Shown here: positions 48,971 through 58,000 of the stretch, one piece after another
How positions within the stretch are numbered: position 1 is the stretch's first letter
Layout of the letters: each line of letters starts with the position of its first letter
NCBI GenBank assembly: GCA_963815495.1
Contig: CAWFGW010000007.1
Coordinates: 193,531 to 257,530 of the forward strand
Direction of reading: 5' to 3'
Source of the DNA: an uncultured Cytophagales bacterium
Lineage (GTDB): Bacteria; Bacteroidota; Bacteroidia; Cytophagales; JAAEPT01
Length of the DNA: 64,000 nt
Position numbers and translations under genes: made by a program
Notes under the pieces: generated by a model
The model's input: the letters and a program-made list of their open reading frames with translations, nothing else
The model's database searches: none
What the model was told of the DNA's origin: nothing

Positions 48971-49318
48971 CGACATTCCGCCCGCCTTGCCACGAGGTAG
49001 GGAACGAGGAATCTAACTGAGGCGGAGACGGGTAACATTCGTTTTCAGTACTATTGTAGGTCACAAGGACCGCTACGCTTAACCTTGCGCCATAGGGATT
49101 CCGCAACAAACGCACGGAATGACGTTACATACCCTACCGTCATTCCGGAATTGTGTAGTGTAACGGAAGATGCCTGCCTGCCGGCAAGGCAGGTCCGGAA
49201 TCTCTTGGTCGAAAACTACGGGAACGCGTTGCAAACGCGCTCCATTGGGGGGGGCTGGCTTACGATGGACAGATTCCAGATATTGTTTCTCTTCGTTGCA
49301 CAATTCCGGAATGACGTG
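48971..49318. repeat. Intergenic mosaic repeat block E (R1, R2, short R4, inverted R4, R5, R4), the most complete array
   Basis: R1 is 48971-49031, R2 is 49032-49097, ATTCCGCAACAAACGCACGGAATGACG is 49098-49124, R4(-) is 49138-49203, R5 is 49221-49245 and R4(+) is 49259-49316. Confidence 0.9.
49032..49097 (+). repeat. R2 module copy D (66 nt, reference copy)
   Basis: GTAACATTCGTTTTCAGTACTATTGTAGGTCACAAGGACCGCTACGCTTAACCTTGCGCCATAGGG. Confidence 0.95.
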
Positions 49319-49352
49319 AGAGAGAGGAATAACGTTATGGGTTGGGTTTGTG

Positions 49353-49655
49353 TCATAAAAACTCCCTTACCTCTTCGAATAAATCTTTCCATTCTGGGTT
49401 AAGCTTATTTATCAAGTTTTCTTTCCATTCCCTTCGCCATTTTTTGAGTTCTTTTTCTCTTTCGATGGCTTCTTCTATTGTTTGAAAAATTTCATAATAG
49501 ACTAGGTCTGTACAGTTGTACTTACTGGAAAACGCTGAGCCTTCGCCATTTTTGTGTTGCCAACTGCGAGCTGAAATATTTGATGTCACTCCTGTGTAAA
49601 GGGTTGTTCTGTTTTTGTTTGTGACAATGTAAATATAGCCTCCTTTTGGGTTCAT
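49353..49655 (-). CDS. Small stand-alone GIY-YIG nuclease-family protein
   Basis: 100-aa ORF. GGYIYIVTNKNRTTLYTGVTSNISARSWQHKNG ... EEAIEREKELKKWRREWK has the GIY...YIG/YTG, R, E and N elements of the GIY-YIG (COG2827-like) family. Confidence 0.85.
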   Translation of the reverse strand: MNPKGGYIYIVTNKNRTTLYTGVTSNISARSWQHKNGEGSAFSSKYNCTDLVYYEIFQTIEEAIEREKELKKWRREWKENLINKLNPEWKDLFEEVREFL

Positions 49656-49756
49656 CGTTTTCTATAAAAGTGAAAAGTGAATTTATGATTAAGGTGTTTA
49701 TTTAAATTGTAAATAACAAATTTCTAAAACGTCATTGCATTTTTGTTTAGCGATTG

Positions 49757-49867
49757 AGAGATTCCAGACTTCCGCTACACTGCACCTGCCTGCCGGCAAG
49801 GCTGGTCCGGAATCTGACTGGGATGGAAACAATTGTTTCACTTCGCTACACAATTCCGAAATGACGG
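49757..49867. repeat. Intergenic mosaic repeat block F (composite R4 with embedded GC hairpin)
   Basis: AGATTCCAGACTTCCGCTACACTGCACCTGCCTGCCGGCAAGGCTGGTCCGGAATCTGACTGGGATGGAAACAATTGTTTCACTTCGCTACACAATTCCGAAATGACGG. Confidence 0.9.
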
Positions 49868-49883
49868 TTCTCCTACTTACATA

Positions 49884-50939
49884 CTAATACAACGACTTCG
49901 ACTTCATCAAGTTGATGCGCACACCAACTTTAAAGGTCATAAAATTCAAATTAGACTGATGCGCTGGGAAAAATTCTAAAATCTCGGCTTGGTTTTTTGC
50001 AAAGCTACTGTGGTAATCTAGCTCAGCATAAATCGACCAGTTAGCACTCACCTGATAATCGGCACCGAGACCTGCTTTATAACCTATCATGGAAAATAAA
50101 CCTGTTTGAATTTCTGGTTCTTCACGCTCTATTGATTCTACTAAAATATCGTCTTCCGTTTCCACGCTATATGTTGGCTGAAGTTTACCATTTTCCAATG
50201 ATCGCACATTATAAAACCCTTTTTGGTTGACACCTGCAAAGGAATAGGTTAACCCCACCAAACCGTATGGTCGGAACTTAGCACGTTTGTTCCCGAGATA
50301 ATATTTTGCTTCAACGGCTAGTGAAACTGCTCGAACTTTTAGGTTTTCTTTGGACAGCGGCAACACTTGAATGTTTGCTCCAAAGGAAACATTTGGCGTG
50401 TAATTATATTCACCCCCTAAGCCTAGTGATGGTGCAGGTTGGTAGTTTGCAAATAGGTTTTCAGTTTGCCCTGCACTGTTAAGTTGTTCTTGCTGACCAG
50501 TAACGACCACACCGCTAAACACCGACATACTTACTTTGCTGCCTAAGTCCGATTTGCGCTTTGGATAACTCCCTCTTTTTTTCCGCTTTTTAGCGTGTTT
50601 TCCTCCGTAAAGTGATTTCGATTTCCCTTTTAATGAGTGTTTTCGCTTTCGCTTCACGTAGTTGTCACGCTTTTTACGCTGCGCTTTTCTTTTCTTTAGG
50701 CGTTTATTATTTATTTTAGCCTTTGCTTTTCCTTTCTTGGTAGTCGGTTTATAGGACTTATTTTTCTTTCCTGACTGTCGTCCGATATACTTTTTCTTCG
50801 CGCCATACACCCCTTTTCTGGTATTATTTACACTAAATTGGGCGTGGCTTGATTGGATACTGATAATTACTAACAGTATGACGAGTATTAACTTTGTGAA
50901 AAAGCTAACTAATATTCGTTTATCCCAACCTTTACTCAT
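49884..50939 (-). CDS. Outer-membrane beta-barrel (OmpA-N/OMP_b-brl-like) protein with an extremely Lys/Arg-rich N-terminal region
   Basis: The track ORF starts at TTG 50954. ATG at 50939 gives MSKGWDKR followed by a hydrophobic signal (LILVILLVIISIQSSHAQ). Residues about 45-135 are a K/R-dominated low-complexity tract (KKGKAKAKINNKRLKKRKAQRKKRDNYVKRKRKHSLKGKSK...KKRKKRGSYPKRK). The C-terminal roughly 200 aa show alternating beta-strand patterns ending in an aromatic residue. Confidence 0.6.
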   Translation of the reverse strand: MSKGWDKRILVSFFTKLILVILLVIISIQSSHAQFSVNNTRKGVYGAKKKYIGRQSGKKNKSYKPTTKKGKAKAKINNKRLKKRKAQRKKRDNYVKRKRKHSLKGKSKSLYGGKHAKKRKKRGSYPKRKSDLGSKVSMSVFSGVVVTGQQEQLNSAGQTENLFANYQPAPSLGLGGEYNYTPNVSFGANIQVLPLSKENLKVRAVSLAVEAKYYLGNKRAKFRPYGLVGLTYSFAGVNQKGFYNVRSLENGKLQPTYSVETEDDILVESIEREEPEIQTGLFSMIGYKAGLGADYQVSANWSIYAELDYHSSFAKNQAEILEFFPAHQSNLNFMTFKVGVRINLMKSKSLY

Positions 50940-50950
50940 ATCGGTGGCTA

Positions 50951-51949
50951 TCAATCACACCCCTGTATCTCTACGGGGGTGTTGTTACAGCCTTCTTTAA
51001 TCTCTATTGTTTTTACCAAAACACATCCATCTACATCATTGGATTTCACACTCAGGACATAAGTCCCTACTGGTCTTGTTATTCGCAGTAGGTTAGCTGG
51101 ATTTGTGTCACAATTACCTGGTGCTGCTGCACGTCCTGCAGGAATAGTTCCAACAGCATCGTTATCGTTAAGAGTAACGGTAAAATTACCCCACGAGCCA
51201 AAGGTAGCATTATTCATCCAAAAGTTGACATGTCCAAAGCCACATTGTGAAATAGGGACCAATATAAGTTTGTTTTTTGCATTAGTGACATCGATTTCTC
51301 CCTGCCACACACAACCGTTATTACCCACAGCATAGTAGGTATGTTTCACCGCATCGGATTGGTATAGCACAGGAACAACGTTAGCATCTGTGATACTTGT
51401 TGGTGCTGTCTCACTGAGGTTTATGATGGAACCGACCGAATTTCCGTCAAAGAAAATTTCTATTTCCAAGTCATCACTATTTGCTCCGACTAAAGAATAG
51501 AATCCGATATTGGTTCGTTCAAAAGGTGTCAGGGTAATAATTACACTAGTTGTAGTTCCGTTTTCGAGTAGGTTTTTGAGGGTGTTTTGGGTGAAGTAGT
51601 TATTTAATGGAATGGATTGACCACCAACATTTTTATTGTATTCGATTAAAATCCAATAGTTTTTGTCAGAGTCTAAATCTGTGAAAGTGACTTGACTTCC
51701 GTTTAAAAGTTGATTGTTTATATTCGTACCGTAAATGCCATTTTGCCAGGCGTTTCTAAAGTTAGTGGAATCATCAAAAAGATATACTTGCACATTATTA
51801 CCAGGGATATCTAGTCCTTGATCATCTTTTACTTTGATGATTAAGTTGGTTGCTTCTGGCTCTATTTCGGTTTTCTTACAGCTTGTGAAGTAAACTAGTA
51901 GGCCTACTAAGCTGAGGTAAAGAAAACCGTATTTTATGTTTTTGGTCAT
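50951..51949 (-). CDS. Hypothetical lipoprotein (Cys-containing C-terminal domain)
   Basis: 332-aa ORF with signal plus lipobox (LLVYFTSCKK). No family motif was recognised. Its stop lies 11 nt from the downstream ATG, or overlaps the alternative TTG by 4 nt. Confidence 0.5.
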   Translation of the reverse strand: MTKNIKYGFLYLSLVGLLVYFTSCKKTEIEPEATNLIIKVKDDQGLDIPGNNVQVYLFDDSTNFRNAWQNGIYGTNINNQLLNGSQVTFTDLDSDKNYWILIEYNKNVGGQSIPLNNYFTQNTLKNLLENGTTTSVIITLTPFERTNIGFYSLVGANSDDLEIEIFFDGNSVGSIINLSETAPTSITDANVVPVLYQSDAVKHTYYAVGNNGCVWQGEIDVTNAKNKLILVPISQCGFGHVNFWMNNATFGSWGNFTVTLNDNDAVGTIPAGRAAAPGNCDTNPANLLRITRPVGTYVLSVKSNDVDGCVLVKTIEIKEGCNNTPVEIQGCD

Positions 51950-51982
51950 TTTTGTTCTAATTTTTTCGTTTTCACGATTAAG

Positions 51983-52050
51983 AGATTCCAGACAAATGCT
52001 CGTACCTCACATTTTCCGGAATGACGTCAAGGGCAGAAAGGAATGACGTG
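51983..52050. repeat. Intergenic mosaic repeat block G (R4 plus extra GGAATGACG head)
   Basis: AGATTCCAGACAAATGCTCGTACCTCACATTTTCCGGAATGACG (51983-52026) and AGGAATGACGTG (52039-52050), ending 9 nt from the stop of the 3,036-aa gene. Confidence 0.9.
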
Positions 52051-52059
52051 TTTTAAATA

Positions 52060-55000
52060 TTACTCCATCATTACCTTTTCATAGTTGACAGCGTCTCCGT
52101 CTACTATTTTAATTAAATAGATTCCTGCGTTTAGTTCCTTATTTAAATCATACACGTGAACAGTTGTGGTGAAACCGTCTTTGTATAGGCTTTCACTCAT
52201 TACCTCTACCCCATTCATATCGATGATGGATAATAACAATGAACCTGTTGTGCCTGATGTATAAGTAACATCAAAATCTTCTAATGCCGGGTTTGGTATC
52301 ACTTGAATTGAAGAGGAAACAGATGCTACTGGTATGTAAATAGATGTTGAAGTAGTGTTTAAACTTACTCTGGCAATATCAATTCCAGATGAGCTATTTG
52401 CTGCAAATCCACTTGATATTCGTGTACATGTTGCTTTACCAGTGTTGATACTTAAATAATAAGTACCGGAGTAGATTGGTAAGTAGGTTGAGTTGGTTGC
52501 TCCTACTATTGCTAATACTTTGCCTTCGTATGACACATACCATTGGTAGGTATATCCATTTCCTGTTTGAGTAGTTAACACACTAGCCGGCTGAGAAACT
52601 ATTGGATCTATTGCTGAGGCATCATATTCTACGTCTAACGCATTGGATTGACCACCACAACTAGCGCTTAGATTCTCAACGGTATAATCTCCCTCGATGA
52701 AAGCGGTAATACTTTGTTTAGTTTCTCCAATTGCTTTTCGACCATCAATGTACCATTGGTAGGTATCTGTTGCGTTTCCTGATGCGGTAAGCTCTGTAGT
52801 ATTGTTTGCGCATAAATCTATCGGGCCTGAAATAGTTGGGCCTGCTGTTGGACTCACTGTTACTAAAATGCTATTCGTGAAAACTGTATCTACACCATCG
52901 GTTACTGCTCTTCGGAAATAAGTGGATGCCGTTAATGCTCCTGATGTGTAGGCTGGGCTGTTAGATGCTCCAACACTTGACCAATTCGTACCATTTATTG
53001 ATTGCTCCCATGAGTAAGTTAAAGGAGGTGTTCCTCCGCTTGCATCGGCACTACTTGTAAATGAAGCAGTGCTATTAGTACATATCGTTGTTTCATCAGT
53101 GGCAATGGTTCCTGGAATGAGTGTACTAATAGTAGTATTTGAATCGATGACTGTGACCGTATCAGAAATCACTTCACATCCGTTTACATATTTTATAAAT
53201 GAATAATTGCCAGGAGTGTTTGTTGTTAATTCAAAGGCTGTTGAATTATCGTTCCAAACTATGCTTTGAACTTCAGGCTCTTGTACTGTGGTAAGTGTAA
53301 CAGGAACTCCATCGATAATAACTGTATCACCTGTAATGGTTGTGCTAATTCCATTAACATCAACTGCTGTGACCTGAACAGTATCGGTGGTATACACGCA
53401 ACCGTTCAGTACACGTACTGTGGCATACACTTCGGATGTCTTATTAATTGGCAATGTGGTAGCTGCTGTATCTGAAAGCGTTTGTTCACTACCATTGACG
53501 TACCACGTAACTCGTGCGAAAGCTCCAGTTAATTCCACATCTTCTGCAGATGCTGCACATATTGTTATGCTGTCACGTGCAAATTGTATCGTGGTATCTG
53601 CGCATAGCTTTACGAACTCCGAAGCCACATCACAGAAAGCCGTATCTTTTCTTACACGATAATTTCCAGAGCTTGTAACATCTAATTCGTTTATGATTGT
53701 CGTGGCTACAGGTGTAATACCACGATACCAACTATACTCCGTGGCATCGGCATCAGTCGTTAAGGTAGCTGGCAAAACTGTTTGATTACTAGTAAGTGTG
53801 GTTGAACCGGCCGATTTAATTTCAAATTTTTGTTGTACTAACACCGTATCGGCACAACTTGCTGTGTCTAGTATTGCTCGGAACTCATAGAATCCAGCAG
53901 TTAATGTTGTAAGTATGTAAGGGTTAGTTGTTCCTTGGGTTATCCAATTACTACCATCAAACCATTCCCATATAATTGGCAAATTATCGTTTGAGGTAAT
54001 TACTATATTATCACCCAAACAAATGGATGTATCAGCAATGGTGAATGTGGTGTCTTGTTCGCGGCAAGGGTTATTGCTATCTGTTACTTCTAGAGTATCT
54101 GAAACTACAGAGCAAGTACCAGTTATGCTTGAACGAACAAAATAATATAAACCTGCTCCATAGAGGTTTGTAATTAATGTTTCATTTGTTTCCGGAATCA
54201 TTCCTTGATTTACCTCATACCACTCAATCGAAGTATTCAAGCCAAAATCAGTTCGTAAAGTTACCGTTCCATTGGCTATATCATTTCCAGCATCAAAGGA
54301 AATTCCATCTTCTAAAGCCTCAGCACTTTCGAAGTAAAATGAATCAACAGCACTACATGTTGTATTCGTTATCGTTGCGAAATACCATTGGGGGCCATTG
54401 TCAAAACTTATATCCAATGTATCTTGAGTACTTAGTACAACACCGCTAGTATTAGTCCAACTGATTGTTGTTGGTGCAACCACCGTATATTGTACCAATG
54501 TATCATCTCCACAAAGCCTTAAAGTATCTAAACCTAAATCAAAAACAGGTGGCTGAGCAAAATAGACAACCATGGTATCTGGATTTACCTTACACCCGCC
54601 CAAACCTGTAGGTGTAAAGACAAACAACAATGAATCATTATTAAAATCAGCAGAGTCAAATGTATAGGTAGCTAGTGAATCATTAGGGTTTGAGAAAATT
54701 CCATCGCCAGCAGTCCAAGTTCCAGAAGTTGCTGGAGCTATTACACCACCATCTAATTGAATGCTTGTAGGATTACATAAAGTAGTATCATTACCTGCAT
54801 CAGCGGTGTGTTGGCAAGGAAAGATGGCAAATGGTTTTGATAATTCTGAGGTGTTATTATTAAAAGTAGCAGTAGCCGTTAATGAATCCAAACCATACGA
54901 TAACAGGTTTGGCACTGTAACTGACCACGCAGGATTTTGACCTGGTGAAACAATGATGCTTGTGTCTGCTTGATTGGTAGCTGTCGCGAACAATTCTATT

Positions 55001-58000
55001 CTAAAACCAGGTAATGGGGTAGATAAGTTAAGTGTTCCTGTAACTACACCTGTTACAGTGTTTACAGTAAGAATAGTTGGAAAATAATTCGCATTTGAAC
55101 TTTGTTGAATTGGTTTTTTAGGGCTAATACCAGAAATGGAGTTTCCAGATAAATCCATTTTAGAAGTTGTGATATCTAGTTCATCAATTCCACCCATGGC
55201 AACGCCAAGTGCACCACCTACTATTTTATTATTTTCTATAGTCACTGTAGAATTGTCAAAAACTGTTATTGCACCAAAAAAGTTATCGATAATTAAGTTA
55301 TTACTCACTGTTGCGCCAGTAACGCCTGAAGCAAAATTAATTGGCAAACCTACGATTGAAATAGTGCCATCACTCGTTCTACCGAAAACGTTATCCGTAA
55401 TTTTAATATCAGTTGCGTTATGAATCGTCATTCCGTTATTTCCAATGTTTGAAAAATATGAATTTGAAATATTCAAAGTTCCACCTGACGATTCAAAATA
55501 CACTGCTTCATCACCTGTTATACTTCCCAATGTGCCGTCTTTAGCATAACCAAAATGACTTCCATCTATCGATACGTTCCAATTTTGCCCGCTAAAATAT
55601 AAAGGACTAAATAGGGTATGAAAATACGTTTTATTGATAGTCATTGTCTTATTTCCACCAATAGTCTCAATTCCTGATGAAGCACCACTTATTTCACCAT
55701 TATTTATGGTGAAATTATCTCCACTCACAAAAACTAAAACCTGAGTATTCCCACTTGCATCTTCTATGTTAATATTGTTGAACGTTATATTATCCCCATC
55801 TATTCCAACAACAGTTTGTGCTGTAGTTGTGATAGGAATAAATCCTGGAGCAGTTGATATGGTTATATTATTAAGCTCAGCATCGATAACAATATTGTCC
55901 TGATTAATTTCGATGCCATTATCCAATAAAACTGTAGCACTTGCAGGCAAACTAAATCTTATGGTATCTTCTAATCCATTAGCTTCTAGATATTCAACCG
56001 CTCCTCGTAAGGTTCCGCAAGAGCCATCATCTGTGGTTTTAGTTACGATAAGTGGGTCACATGACACAAGCGAAACAGGCTCTGAGAATTCAGATGAACT
56101 GAGTCCATAGAACGTACCTTCTCCTTGAATAGCGGTTAAGCTATCTAAACCATAGTTTATTATATCAACTGAATCTTGAACTGTTAATTGATATTCAAAA
56201 AAGTTCCCTATTGTACGCGTTGCACGACCTAATGGTATATAACCTTGGGTATTGAAATCGGCATAAACAATTACTGTATCAATAGATATATCGCTAGCTT
56301 CTATTGTCACAATACCTGTTAAAGCATCAAAACTATTAATTACTGGTTTTGGTATCAAAGACTGTACAGTGTTGTCTTCAAACAAAACACCTCCTCCTAG
56401 ATTTCTATGAAAATAGTTTCGGTAATGAACATTTCGATTAGAATTGTTGCTATAAGCTATTCCTGATCCACCATTAAACCCTATTAAGTTGTAAAGCATA
56501 TTTTGAGACACCCCATTATTAATATGAATCCCATCCCCTCCATTAGCTCTGTTTACATCTGACAAATCCGTACCAATGAAGTTGAAATCAATGTTATTAA
56601 TTTGATTTACGTTTTCAATTAAAATACCGTGTTGCTGATTGTAATGAATATGGTTTACCTGCGACAAGTTGATGGCATCATAATTACCTATCGTATTTGA
56701 GTTTGCATTATTTCGTATAACAACTCCAGATTCTCCGTTACCGAGATCATTAAATGAGTTATCTGTACCTAGATAGTTACCATAAACTTCATTACCAAAA
56801 GCAGTAGCTCCATCTATTATTAAACCATGGGTTAAATTTGAGCCTATAATATTATTAATAATCATATTGTCAATGGAGCTTAATATCATGACTCCACTAT
56901 ATTGATTTAGTATAACATTATGAGCAATTAAATTTTCACTTGAATTTTGGTTTATACTTATTCCAACAGCATTATCAGGTATCGTATTTACAGTACCATT
57001 CGTAGTTGTACCTATTAAGTTGTGATGAATATTACAGTTCCAAGTTAAATCATCAATGCTTATTTGAGCAGTTTGCGCAGCATCAGCTAAATTTCCTATT
57101 CCGTTTCCAATAAAAAGATTAGAGTGAATGAATGTATAATCCGCTTCGTTTTCTAAGGAGATACCATGTCCGCCATTCCCCACTCCCAAATCTTGATTGG
57201 TGGTTGTTCCAATATAGTTATGACGAATGGTATTGTTTGTAGCGTTATTAATAGATATACCTCTTCCTCCACTTGAAAAACTTGATAAAATATCCACTGG
57301 CATATTATATATAGCCAAACCTTGAATAATATTTTCGTTGGAACGTACTTCCAAGCCATTTACCAGCTGGGACGAAGCCAATAAAACTAGACCTGAACCA
57401 TCAATATTAATATCAGGTAGTGTATCTGTATTGACTAATCCATTTATAAATGTACGATCATCCGTTAATACAGGTAAAACATCCGTTAAAAGAATTGTTT
57501 CACCAATAATAGAATTGGAGAACCGAATTGTATCTGCTCCTGTGTTATTATTAGCATGATTAATAGCAAATCGTAGCGTACCACAAGTATTAACATCACT
57601 AGTTTTAGTAACCAAAAGTGGATTACAGGTAGGGCATGTCGTACTGGTTGCAATTGTACCGGGAGTAACAGCACCGGGAGCTACCCAGTTAGACGTAGTA
57701 TCTGATAAGGCAAATCCAACTAATGTCCCGTTATAAGTTGCATCAACAGAGTCTACTAACGTAGTAACAGTACTATTATCTACACCAACATAGCCTTGAT
57801 TGAAACTATACTGCGCAGTAAGGTTTGTTTTGTTAGGAAGTAAGTCAGCATTCATATAGGCATTTATTTCTTCTTCGCAAAGCGCGCGATTCCAAATGCG
57901 GAATTCATCTATTTTACCTTTATAAGCACCCCTGATTTCACAAAAATCCTCTAAGCCAATAAACCTATTTACGCTTGAGGGGATAATCATTCCCGGTTTA

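Noticed and set aside
41265-49402. Small ORFs from the track lying in the repeat blocks (41265..41465, 41838..42056, 42316..42525, 42979..43170, 44689..44997, 46292..46600, 49079..49303, 49085..49402)
   Set aside because: Each is composed almost entirely of the R1-R5 repeat modules, and the same DNA is read in different frames and strands in different copies. The 'peptides' (…FRNDV…, …LTEAETD…) are translation artefacts of GC-richer, stop-poor hairpin repeats, not genes.
41286-52050. Possibility that the recurring intergenic repeats form a CRISPR array
   Set aside because: The repeats are not regularly spaced, occur in both orientations, are separated by whole genes rather than 25-40-nt spacers, come in five different module types, and no cas genes are present.
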